A stretch of 59,178 bases of DNA from positions 1 through 59,178 of the IMG/VR virus record IMGVR_UViG_3300033146_002247. The stretch is one strand, 5' to 3'. Source of the DNA: a virus (lineage: Duplodnaviria > Caudoviricetes). The position numbers were made by a program, and so were the translations under genes. Positions within the stretch are counted from its first letter, which is position 1, and each line of letters begins with the position of its first letter. The notes below the pieces were generated by a model. That model made no database searches. It saw only the letters and a program-made list of their open reading frames with translations, and had not been told where the DNA came from. Shown one piece after another: positions 29,951-39,653 of this stretch.

Positions 29951-30559
29951 ATGTTAAAAAGAAATTTAAAAGAAAGTTCATTGAGTAGAATATGGCAACA
30001 TACAAAATCTCACGATAGTGGAACTATAACAGCATTTAGATATGCTAAGGATTGTAATACTGGAGAAGTTTTTACAAAATCTGAAAATAAAACTAATAAT
30101 AATATTCTAAAAGGAAAATTATTAAAGTTAGGATATGGAGTTACTGCTATTGCAGGAACTTATATTGAAAATTATGGAACAGATAACGAAAAAGAAGTAA
30201 AAGAGGATAGTTATATCGTAGTAGATTTAAAAGATACTGGAAATTTAAAAAAAGATTTAATAAAATTAGGAACTGAATTTGAACAAGATAGTATTACATA
30301 TCAAAAATTAGGTGGAAGTTATGAACTAATTTCAAGTAATAAATGCCCTCAAGGTTATCCGGGTAAAGGTAAGATTGGTGTTTCTTTAAAATTAGGAAAA
30401 CCAATGTTCGGCAAATCTGGTGAATTTCATAGTAAAATAAACGGAAGACCATTTGTATTTGAAAGCTCATTGCAAGAAAATTTACATACATTAAATAAAT
30501 TTTCAATTGCTGAAATCAGGTCCTTTGATTATTGGGCAAAGGAAACAATTATAAAATAA
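29951..30559 (+). CDS. SAM lyase-like protein with class B leader (paralog of previous gene)
   Basis: true start ATG 29951 (MLKRNLKE); shares SL.RIWQH with previous gene; ITAFR...EN...GTYIE...KEDSY...FEQDSI. Confidence 0.6.
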   Translation: MLKRNLKESSLSRIWQHTKSHDSGTITAFRYAKDCNTGEVFTKSENKTNNNILKGKLLKLGYGVTAIAGTYIENYGTDNEKEVKEDSYIVVDLKDTGNLKKDLIKLGTEFEQDSITYQKLGGSYELISSNKCPQGYPGKGKIGVSLKLGKPMFGKSGEFHSKINGRPFVFESSLQENLHTLNKFSIAEIRSFDYWAKETIIK

Positions 30560-30568
30560 GAAGGTTAT

Positions 30569-32023
30569 ATGTTAAAAAGAAATTTAAGTGAAGTTTATTT
30601 TGGTGGTCAAACATTTGACATACAAAAAAACCCTGATTATGTAAAATATTTAGAGCCTATTATATCTAAATTAAAAAAATCTAGCAAATTAGTTTTTAAA
30701 AAATCAACTGGCGTAGTGTTATCATTAAAAGGAAATTTAAAAACTGGAATTAAAAATTATAATTCTGCTGTTGCTAAGGATAAAGAAATTATTATTTCGA
30801 CTAGTAGTAAAAAAGAAATTCAATCATTTTTACAATCTTTTCATAATCCTATATTTGTGACAAAAAATGGTGAGTTTCCTTTATCGCAGTTAGATAAAAG
30901 TCCTTTTACTATTGGTAGTAAAAAAGATACTCACAAAAAAACTGAGTGTAGTGAAATATGTAGTTTAATAGCATGTAAACTAATGTCAATAGGAAATGGT
31001 GAGGTTTTAAATAATGAAAATCAATTTAAAAAAATATTAAAAACTTATGTGTCCTCCGCGGTATATAAATTATACGAAACCAATTATTGGAAATCTGCAA
31101 AAATACAGGCCAAATTGTTAGTTGATTCCTTATATTTTGATTCAAGTATAAATTATACTTTTGTTATGCGAGATAACGCAGATATTAAAAAAATGTATCA
31201 AACTGCGATAAAATTAATCAAAAAAACTGGTTTAAAATATAGTTATGATGACTGGAACCCTGCGGATATGTGGGCATATAGATCAGTGAGTGACATCACC
31301 AATCTTAGTGAAATTAATAATATTATTAAATATAATGAAACGGTGAATTTGTTAATAAAAGAGAAAAAGTTATTGCCAATTTCATTAAAGTTAATAAAAG
31401 GCGATACTGGTAAATGTACAAAAATACTTATGAATAGTACAAACAATTTATACCTTAGAGGCATATCTTCAATAGACTTATCATCATCATTAAATAATTT
31501 AATTATATATTCTAATGGTTCGAATAATGATAAATTTGGAGTAAGATTAGGATATAAACGAAATAAAAATTCTGCGATAATAGATGCTGAGGGTAGAATG
31601 AAAAATGCAGGGGTTCAATTAGGTGGAATTAATAAAGGTATTTATTTAAAATATATGAATGATTATACAAATGGTGTTATAGATGGTATACAGAATTTAG
31701 GAAATGATGAAGAAAAAAAGAGGAAAATAATTGAAAAATATATAACTATTTTTACCAACGTAAAATCTAAATTTGGTAACAAATTAAAAATTAAGGATAA
31801 TACAGGGCGAAATGCATTTCATAATATAAGCGAGATAGAAAGTGTTAATCATTGGTTAAGTCTAAATAATGTTGATATTAGTAGAGGTTTAGTAATGATT
31901 TCTAATTTATATGCAATATATTATATGTTTACGAATGGACATATTAATAATTATTTTTATGATATGTTTTTATACTCTCAAAAAATCACCGAAATTGGAA
32001 CTGATTATTTAAAATTATACTAA
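30569..32023 (+). CDS. putative PD-(D/E)xK-like nuclease with class B leader
   Basis: MLKRNLSE; TECSE...DDWNPADMWAY...PISLK. Confidence 0.5.
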   Translation: MLKRNLSEVYFGGQTFDIQKNPDYVKYLEPIISKLKKSSKLVFKKSTGVVLSLKGNLKTGIKNYNSAVAKDKEIIISTSSKKEIQSFLQSFHNPIFVTKNGEFPLSQLDKSPFTIGSKKDTHKKTECSEICSLIACKLMSIGNGEVLNNENQFKKILKTYVSSAVYKLYETNYWKSAKIQAKLLVDSLYFDSSINYTFVMRDNADIKKMYQTAIKLIKKTGLKYSYDDWNPADMWAYRSVSDITNLSEINNIIKYNETVNLLIKEKKLLPISLKLIKGDTGKCTKILMNSTNNLYLRGISSIDLSSSLNNLIIYSNGSNNDKFGVRLGYKRNKNSAIIDAEGRMKNAGVQLGGINKGIYLKYMNDYTNGVIDGIQNLGNDEEKKRKIIEKYITIFTNVKSKFGNKLKIKDNTGRNAFHNISEIESVNHWLSLNNVDISRGLVMISNLYAIYYMFTNGHINNYFYDMFLYSQKITEIGTDYLKLY

Positions 32024-32052
32024 AAAACTAAATAAAAAAATGAGGCGAAAAA

Positions 32053-32544
32053 ATGAACATGAAAGAAATTGTAAACGAAGTACTAAACCGAACTAATTTA
32101 ACTGAATCAGAAATTTTACAAATTGATGAAAAAACTAGTGAATTGGTATTGAACTCAATGAAAGAACTAGTTTTAAAATTAAACAAGGATAAAAAATTAA
32201 AATTATCTAAAGAAGAACTAGAGAATATTACTAAACATGCTGCAGATGTTTTTCAGAAATCTATTAAAAAATCAGTTACTGAACAATATTTAAAAGAATT
32301 TAATTTAAAGTTAAATAACGATGATTATTACGAGGTTCTTGTTCAATATTTAGAAAAAGACAGAAATGATTATATTGGTGAATTTATGTATGACCATGCT
32401 GGTAGTGATGCTGCATTGCCTGACGAGGTTGTAGAGGAATGGTTAGATCGAATGGACTATGAGACATTAAGAGACTGTGTGTTATGGATTTTGAAAAAAG
32501 ATAAAAAAACAATGAATAAAATAATATCAAAATTTAAAAAATAA
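32053..32544 (+). CDS. putative internal head protein, leader class A
   Basis: MNMKEIVNEVLNRTNLTE; upstream TAAATAA. Confidence 0.55.
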   Translation: MNMKEIVNEVLNRTNLTESEILQIDEKTSELVLNSMKELVLKLNKDKKLKLSKEELENITKHAADVFQKSIKKSVTEQYLKEFNLKLNNDDYYEVLVQYLEKDRNDYIGEFMYDHAGSDAALPDEVVEEWLDRMDYETLRDCVLWILKKDKKTMNKIISKFKK

Positions 32545-32555
32545 TGTATATAATA

Positions 32556-32592
32556 TCCTGCATTAACTATCAAATATTCAGTTAATGCAGGA
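32556..32592 (+). other. 13-bp stem-loop
   Basis: TCCTGCATTAACT/AGTTAATGCAGGA. Confidence 0.6.
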
Positions 32593-32989
32593 CTAATAAG
32601 ACAAAGGAGTATAAAGAATGAAATTATTAAGCTGGGAATTTATCGAGGATCACTTTGGGTACAATAAAAAAACTATCAAAAAAGACCAAAGTTACAATTT
32701 ATTAAAACCAATTGAGGTTGGTGTTCCTGTATTTCATGTTATGAAAAAATTAAAAGAATTTACATTTACTGAAGAGGATTTGATGTGGGACAAAACTATA
32801 AAGTTCAATCAAGCGTCTTTAAAATTCAAAGAAAATTATAACAAAGCTATTAATTTAGAATTTGAATTAAAATCTGAAAAAGGACATAGAATTATGTCCT
32901 CAATACTTTATGATTTTGTAAATGACCCAGTCAATACAGATTCATTAGGTGATAACTGGAAACCAATGATTTTTAAAAAATAGGTAATT

Positions 32990-34528
32990 ATGTTAAAACG
33001 ACATTTACACGAAAAAATCAGGCTCGCTAGTATTTCTAAAAAAATTACCAATTTAGAATACGAAAATATATGTAAATTCTTAAATATATTAGTTACTAAC
33101 AAAAATATAAAAAATTGGGGATTTGATATATTAATTAATAAAAACTCTATTAAAAATCAGATTTTAATAGAGTTGAATTTTTTAGAGTTGTTTAATAATG
33201 ATAATAGACGAGAATATATATTAAACATTTTATCTACAACATATATAAAATCTACTCAAACTACTCGATTATTAGGTCCTCAATCCTCACCTAAGTCAGG
33301 GTCTTTGGGTTTATCTAAAATAAAATTCAGTAATATAAATACCCCTATATTTGCTCGAGTATACGGAGCAAAAAGAGGTGGACGACATATAAGTGACACT
33401 GATGAAAAAGAGGCACTGACTATAAAGATGTACAGAGCGAATTTAGGCATTGATTCTTTTTCAAATAGTTCAATTTCTAAATATAAAGAAAAATTAGTCA
33501 AAACCGATACTACTTATGAGTTAGGTGAATCCACTGAGAAAAAAATAAATGAATTTATTTTTTTATCTAGTCAAAATAAAACAACTATGCGATACTGGAA
33601 TGAAAGTTTATCTATAGCAAATAAATTACAAGAAACTTATAAATCACAGGAGTTTTTTTTAATTCGGAATGATTTATATAATAATATTAGAAAACTTTTT
33701 ATGGATATACAAAAATCTACAAAAAATAAAAAAATTAGTATATTAGTAGATAAATGGAACCCCGGTGATGCATATTTAATAAATAAACAACAAGTACATA
33801 ATATTGAATTGAATATAAATAAATTAATTCTTGAAAATAAAACCAAAGTAATTTCAATTGATTTACTTAATAATTTATTTAGTTCTAGTTATGGTAATAC
33901 AAATAAATTAACCTCTATTTCATTAAAGGGTGAGCTTGCTCAAGGTGGTAAAGCAAAGGGCATTTTGAAAAAATATAAAACCAAAGATATGGATTTTAAT
34001 ATTACAGAAACTGAATATAATTATAATTACACTCAATATGTTAATAAAATTAAACAGATGGACTCTCAGTTTATCCAGTTATTAAGACATGTATATTTAC
34101 CAATAAATATAAATTTTTTTACCCAAATAAAAAAATCGAATAATTATATAAATAAAATTAGAACTAAATTTACTAATATGAAAATACTAATGTTTATTGT
34201 AAGAGCAGCCGAAAAAGAGAATGTTAATATATATAAAATATTAATGAGTGTATTTAGGTTTGGATTGTCTATGACTAAAATATCCTCACATTTTTTTAAA
34301 TTAAGTGGAGATTCAAAATATGGACAAGCAAAGGTATTAAATTTTAATAATCATAATTCTATAACTTATGATAATATTAACACATTAAAAATTGATAATT
34401 CAAGTACATTAGCTTCTCATATACGAATTAGCGCAGATTTAAATTTTAATACTGAAATAAAACCCATTAAAATGCAAATTAGAAGTAATGGAAATATACA
34501 AAGTACAATAGAAATTCAATCATTTTAA
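32990..34528 (+). CDS. putative PD-(D/E)xK-like nuclease with class B leader
   Basis: MLKRHLHE; TDEKE...DKWNPGDAYLI...SISLK, motif shared with 30569-32023. Confidence 0.5.
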   Translation: MLKRHLHEKIRLASISKKITNLEYENICKFLNILVTNKNIKNWGFDILINKNSIKNQILIELNFLELFNNDNRREYILNILSTTYIKSTQTTRLLGPQSSPKSGSLGLSKIKFSNINTPIFARVYGAKRGGRHISDTDEKEALTIKMYRANLGIDSFSNSSISKYKEKLVKTDTTYELGESTEKKINEFIFLSSQNKTTMRYWNESLSIANKLQETYKSQEFFLIRNDLYNNIRKLFMDIQKSTKNKKISILVDKWNPGDAYLINKQQVHNIELNINKLILENKTKVISIDLLNNLFSSSYGNTNKLTSISLKGELAQGGKAKGILKKYKTKDMDFNITETEYNYNYTQYVNKIKQMDSQFIQLLRHVYLPININFFTQIKKSNNYINKIRTKFTNMKILMFIVRAAEKENVNIYKILMSVFRFGLSMTKISSHFFKLSGDSKYGQAKVLNFNNHNSITYDNINTLKIDNSSTLASHIRISADLNFNTEIKPIKMQIRSNGNIQSTIEIQSF

Positions 34529-34542
34529 AATTAGAGGTATAT

Positions 34543-35139
34543 ATGCTCAAACGAAAATTAAATGAAAGTCAGAGATCTAAAAATTATTATGATTTATCAA
34601 AATATCCTGGTAAATATTTATTACCAAAATCTTTTTGGTTTAATGTTAGTCAAAAGACCATAGAAGGTTTAAATTATTTGGTACACGACAAAAAACAAAT
34701 TATGAAATTTGGGAAAAAATCAATTGAATTAACCGAAGCATTTAAATTGATAAAAAGTACTACGAATAACGGACACCTTTATAGAGGTTTATATTTAAAT
34801 GAAATTGATGAGTTTTTAAATAATAAAACTACGAAAACTGAGAATTACTTTTCTTTTTCAGAAGATTTAAAAGTAGCTAAAGGATTTGCAGGACAAACAA
34901 AAACTATTTTAGTTTTGAATAAACCTAAAAATTTATTTCCATATTGGAAATTTGCAGTTGACGACAATAGGTTTTTAAAATATTTTTACCCAGAAGATTA
35001 CGAGGATTATGATGGCCCAGGTTTATTAGAAACTGCTTTATATGAAAAAGAGTGGATTTTAAATATTTCTACAAAATTAAGAAAAATACATACAGAGAAA
35101 AAATCAGGTTATCAATTTATACATGTCATTTTAGACTAA
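34543..35139 (+). CDS. ADP-ribosyltransferase-like protein (R-S-ExE) with class B leader
   Basis: MLKRKLNE; LYRGL, FSFSED..VAKGFA, EKEWIL. Confidence 0.68.
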   Translation: MLKRKLNESQRSKNYYDLSKYPGKYLLPKSFWFNVSQKTIEGLNYLVHDKKQIMKFGKKSIELTEAFKLIKSTTNNGHLYRGLYLNEIDEFLNNKTTKTENYFSFSEDLKVAKGFAGQTKTILVLNKPKNLFPYWKFAVDDNRFLKYFYPEDYEDYDGPGLLETALYEKEWILNISTKLRKIHTEKKSGYQFIHVILD

Positions 35140-35214
35140 AATAGCCTTACCATAATTAAATAGTCCTTTAGAAAAATCCTAAAGGACTATTTTTGTTTAT
35201 TTAATTCTTTTTTA

Positions 35215-35243
35215 TTGACAAAACATATTTAATTGGTTATATT
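35215..35243 (+). promoter_or_regulatory. sigma70-type early promoter
   Basis: TTGACA-N17-TATATT, preceded by a TAGTCCTTTAG/CTAAAGGACTA terminator at ~35161-35189. Confidence 0.85.
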
Positions 35244-35893
35244 ATAATCATAATAAAAACAAAAGAGGTAATAAATGGAAGTTAAAATGTCACTAGAAAT
35301 ATTCATTTCAACAGATGAGATTAAAATTGCAACAAAAAAGTCGTTTAAAGAACTAAAAGAATTATTTAAACCAATAATTGATCAAAGAATAAATATTGTT
35401 AATTTTACAGAAAGACCAAATGATTTTAATTTAGATTTTTTAAACTGGGACGAATTAAAAACAATTTATGGATTTACTAAATTCCAAGCACATATAATTT
35501 ATAACTATATGATGTATAATAAAATTGATATTTTAAGGATAACCAAATGAAAAAATCAACCTTACAAAATAAAGTAAAACAATTACAAAAACGATTAAGA
35601 AAAATAAATCGTGAACAATATATTGATTATTCTAAATTTAAAGCCGATGAAACATGGAGCCTTGATATAACTATGGCTAAATTTATTCTACCAAGGATTA
35701 AAGAGTACGATAGATTAGCAAGTAAACAAATTGAATTTTCAGATGAATATAAAAACAATATACAAAATATCATAAAAGCATTTGAAATGATACTTGAAGA
35801 TGAAAGTGAGAAAACTGATTATATAATTAGCAATGATGACGAGAAATTTATTCAAGAACAAATGATAAGTTTCGGTAAATTATTCAGATATTT

Positions 35894-36301
35894 GTGGTGG
35901 TAAATAAAATGAGTGAAATAATAATAACTGAACAATATTTAAAAAACAACCCTGACCATATATTTGTATTTGGCGATAACTTATTAAGATATGGAACTGG
36001 TGGAGCTGCTAAATTAAGATATATGCCTAATACTTATGGATTTATTACTAAAAAAGCACCAACATATAAAGATGAAGATTTTTATAGTCCACATGATTAT
36101 GCATCGGTTTTTAATGATGAAATGATAAAATTATGGGCTGAAATTACTTCAAATAGAGATAAAGTTTATTTAATTTCTAAAATCGGCGCTGGTATTGCAA
36201 ATAAACATAATATTTGGAAATATGTAATTGAACCAAGATTAGAAAAACTTAGACAAATAAATGAACCGAATGTTAAATTTTTATATGAAAGGAGGCAATA
36301 A
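35894..36301 (+). CDS. macro-domain-like phage protein (putative)
   Basis: FVFGDNL...GTGGAA...GFITK...KIGAGIA glycine-rich loops. Confidence 0.55.
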   Translation: MVVNKMSEIIITEQYLKNNPDHIFVFGDNLLRYGTGGAAKLRYMPNTYGFITKKAPTYKDEDFYSPHDYASVFNDEMIKLWAEITSNRDKVYLISKIGAGIANKHNIWKYVIEPRLEKLRQINEPNVKFLYERRQ

Positions 36302-36675
36302 ATGTTAATAATAAGACCAAGAAGAGTATTAGAATTTATAGGTGGTGAAATAGAAATTAAAGAAACTATTACAGAAGAATATAGAATTATTAAACGAATA
36401 CAGAAATTAAAAAATAATAAAGAAATTGAACAGTATACACCACAAGTAAAAATAATATCGTTTATTCCAAGATGGTTACCATTTTTAAAAGAAAAACAAG
36501 AAATTGAGTGGGAAAATATACGTGATTTTTCTGCTTCGTGTGAGAAACCTGACATATATGAGGAATTTGATAGTACTTGGTATAAAAATAAATCAGATGC
36601 GGAGCAATTACTTAAAAATTATATAAAATTTAATGAAAATAAAGTAATTGAAACTAAATATACTGGAGTAATAAA

Positions 36676-37509
36676 ATGAAATATATTTATTTAGACCAAG
36701 TTAATTCACATGTTTTCAGTGCTGGCGAAGTCCATGTTAACATTAGTAATTACTTACCATTAGAAGATGACCATTATACAATTATGGCAACGATTAAAAA
36801 TTCAGATGACTTAATGAAATTGTTGTTATTAGAAGATGCTATACGAAATGAACTTGGTGATTATGAATTACATCTAAATATACCTTATGTTCCTTATGCT
36901 AGGCAGGATAGAGTATGTGCTAAGGGAGATGCATTTTCATTATCAGTATTTGCAAGAATGGTAAATTCTTGTAATTTTACATCGGTTTCTGTACTTGATC
37001 CACATAGTAAGCAAGTAGAAATGTATATTGATAATATTAAAGTATATAATAATTTTGCTTATGTAAAACATATGCTAAAAAAATATAAAATTAAGGAATT
37101 TAATTTGGTTGCACCAGATAAAGGAGCTACTAATAAAATTAATAAATTGGCACATTTTTTAAAAGAAAATAGTGATTTTAGTGTTAATAATATTATTCAA
37201 TTTGACAAAAAAAGAGATATGAAAACAGGAAAAATAATAAGTTATGATATTCAAAAACAGGATAAATTAAAACCAGATGGATTTATTAATATTATCGTTG
37301 ACGATATATGTGATGGCGGTAGAACATTCATAGAAGCAGGAAAAATATTAAATGATTTAGGCAGCGATAAAAATATATTATTCGTAACGCATGGAATCTT
37401 TAGTAAAGGCACAGGAGAACTAAATAATTATTTTTATTCAATTGCAACGTCCAATTCATTAGGTAATAATAGAAATATTGAATATGTAGATTTTTTATTT
37501 TATCAATGA
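36676..37509 (+). CDS. prs: PRPP synthetase-like protein (probable NARP1 Adps)
   Basis: FSAGEVHV, PYVPYARQDR, LDPHS, VAPDKGA, IVDDICDGGRTF, VTHGIFS. Confidence 0.9.
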   Translation: MKYIYLDQVNSHVFSAGEVHVNISNYLPLEDDHYTIMATIKNSDDLMKLLLLEDAIRNELGDYELHLNIPYVPYARQDRVCAKGDAFSLSVFARMVNSCNFTSVSVLDPHSKQVEMYIDNIKVYNNFAYVKHMLKKYKIKEFNLVAPDKGATNKINKLAHFLKENSDFSVNNIIQFDKKRDMKTGKIISYDIQKQDKLKPDGFINIIVDDICDGGRTFIEAGKILNDLGSDKNILFVTHGIFSKGTGELNNYFYSIATSNSLGNNRNIEYVDFLFYQ

Positions 37510-37590
37510 TGAACTAAATTTATACAAAAATATGAAAATTGGCAGAAATTAAAAAGGACAAAAATACGATATAATTAAAATGGAGTAAAA

Positions 37591-39336
37591 ATGGCTAGAA
37601 CAAAAGTATTACCTGAACATAATGTAATGGAGTTTACAGATTTTTATAAGACAGGACATAAAAATCAATATCCAAAAGGGACTAATATTGTATATAGTAA
37701 CCTAACACCAAGAAGTAATAAGTATGCTATTTCAGATAAGATGGTTGTTTTTAATATTCAACATTTTATTATGAAACAATTAATGCATAATTGGAAAATC
37801 GGATTTTTTGACAGACCAATTGAAGATGTATTATATGATTATAAAAGACGTATGGACACCTCTTTGGGCAAAGACTCTATTCCAGTTGACCATATTGAAG
37901 AACTTCATAATCTTGGATATTTACCTTTAGAGATTAAAGCGTTAAAAGAGGGCACAAGAGTTCCAATGAGAGTACCTATTTTAACCATATCCAACACAAT
38001 TGATAAATTTTTCTGGTTAACAAATTATGTAGAAACTTTAATGAGTGCTGAATTATGGCAACCGATGGTATCTGCTTCAACTGCTTATGAATATAGAAAA
38101 GAATTTGATAGACATGCAGAATTAACTGGTTATACAGAATGGGATGTTACTCAATTTCAAGGGCATGATTTTTCTTTTAGAGGTATGCCTGGTGTAGAAG
38201 CTGCAATGTCATCTGGTGCAGGTCATTTATTATCATTTACTGGAACTGATACAATACCATCATTAGGTTGGCTAGAACATTATTATGGAGCTGATGCAGA
38301 AAAAGAATTGATTGGTACTTCTGTACCAGCCACAGAACATAGCGTTTCTTGCGCATCAGGTAAAGAAAATGAATTAGAGTTTTTCAAAAAACTAATAACT
38401 GAAATATATCCAAATGGAATTGTAAGTATTGTAAGTGATACCTGGGACTATTGGAAAGTAATTACTGAATTTTTACCGGCTTTAAAAGATGATATTATGA
38501 ATAGAAGTGGAGGTTTTCCGGTAGATAGAGTAGTAATAAGACCTGACAGTGGAAATCCAGTAGATATTATATGTGGAACTTTACATGATATTGTAGATTT
38601 TACAGATGATTGTGATACATACGAAAAATTTTCACGTTGGGCGCAAGAGACTATAGTTGATGACATCAGAGAAAATACCCCACACGGCGAACTTGGTGAT
38701 AGTAAAGCATATCAAATTTTTAAATGGAATGATAAATACTATAAAGTTTCAGTTTCAATTGATTGGAATAGACACGACAAACAATATTATTACGAAGATG
38801 GTTCAGAAGTAACAAATATAGAAGAAGTTGAATTAACACCAGAACAAAAAGGTACTTACGAAATGATGTGGGAAAATTTCGGTGGGACTATAAATGAGAA
38901 AGGATATAAAGTACTAGATAGTCATATCGGACTTATATATGGTGACTCTATCACTTTTGATAGACAAAAAGAGATTTTAAAGAGATTAGAAAATAAAGGA
39001 TTCTGTGCATCAAACCTTGTACTTGGCATAGGAAGTTATACATACCAATATGTGACACGAGATTCATACGGTACTGCGGTTAAGGCAACATATACCGAGG
39101 TTAATGAAAAAGGTTTTAATATCTTCAAAGACCCAAAAACTGATGATGGAATGAAAAAATCTGCAAAAGGTTTATTAGGTGTTTCTAAATTACCAGATGG
39201 CGAATTGGCTTTAATGGACGAATTAGAAAAAGGAAAATCTGCTATAAATGAACAACTCGAATTAGTATGGAAAGACGGAGTATTTCATAGAACACAAACA
39301 TTACAAGAAATTAGAGATATTTTAAAAACACAATAA
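37591..39336 (+). CDS. nadV: nicotinamide phosphoribosyltransferase-like protein (probable NARP1 Namat)
   Basis: TDFYKTGH..QYP, HDFSFRG, VPATEHSV, SIVSDTWD, IRPDSGNP, IYGDSIT, GIGSYTYQ, KKSAKG. Confidence 0.93.
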   Translation: MARTKVLPEHNVMEFTDFYKTGHKNQYPKGTNIVYSNLTPRSNKYAISDKMVVFNIQHFIMKQLMHNWKIGFFDRPIEDVLYDYKRRMDTSLGKDSIPVDHIEELHNLGYLPLEIKALKEGTRVPMRVPILTISNTIDKFFWLTNYVETLMSAELWQPMVSASTAYEYRKEFDRHAELTGYTEWDVTQFQGHDFSFRGMPGVEAAMSSGAGHLLSFTGTDTIPSLGWLEHYYGADAEKELIGTSVPATEHSVSCASGKENELEFFKKLITEIYPNGIVSIVSDTWDYWKVITEFLPALKDDIMNRSGGFPVDRVVIRPDSGNPVDIICGTLHDIVDFTDDCDTYEKFSRWAQETIVDDIRENTPHGELGDSKAYQIFKWNDKYYKVSVSIDWNRHDKQYYYEDGSEVTNIEEVELTPEQKGTYEMMWENFGGTINEKGYKVLDSHIGLIYGDSITFDRQKEILKRLENKGFCASNLVLGIGSYTYQYVTRDSYGTAVKATYTEVNEKGFNIFKDPKTDDGMKKSAKGLLGVSKLPDGELALMDELEKGKSAINEQLELVWKDGVFHRTQTLQEIRDILKTQ

Positions 39337-39473
39337 TCTTTAAACAAATTCCTTGTATATTTCATTTATATACAAGGAATTTTTAATTTTCTTTTAAAAA
39401 TAGTCCTTTGTCAAACATCATATAAACAAAGGACTATTTTTGTTTAATTACCTATTTCCTAGCCATTTCTGGT

Positions 39474-39526
39474 CACTTACTCAATCCAACCATATATTTT
39501 TATCATTTCAGATAAGATGTACACTA
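39474..39526. repeat. dispersed intergenic element, copy 4 (left box diverged)
   Basis: CACTTACT...CAACCATATATTTTTATCATTT-N10-GTACACTA, downstream of a GTCCT/AGGAC hairpin. Confidence 0.8.
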
Positions 39527-39576
39527 TTTAACACGTTTGGGTACTATTAAAAAATACATTTAATAAATCTTTTTTC

Positions 39577-39605
39577 TTGACAAAACATATAAAATTGGTT
39601 ATATT
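39577..39605 (+). promoter_or_regulatory. sigma70-type early promoter
   Basis: TTGACA-N17-TATATT. Confidence 0.85.
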
Positions 39606-39653
39606 ATAATCATAATAAAGAGAATAATAAACAAATTCAAATAGGAGTATTAA

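Noticed and set aside
38570-38830. Insertion in the NAMPT-like protein as a mini-intein
   Set aside because: No C-terminal HN-(C/S/T) splice junction at the end of the insert; more likely a structural insertion
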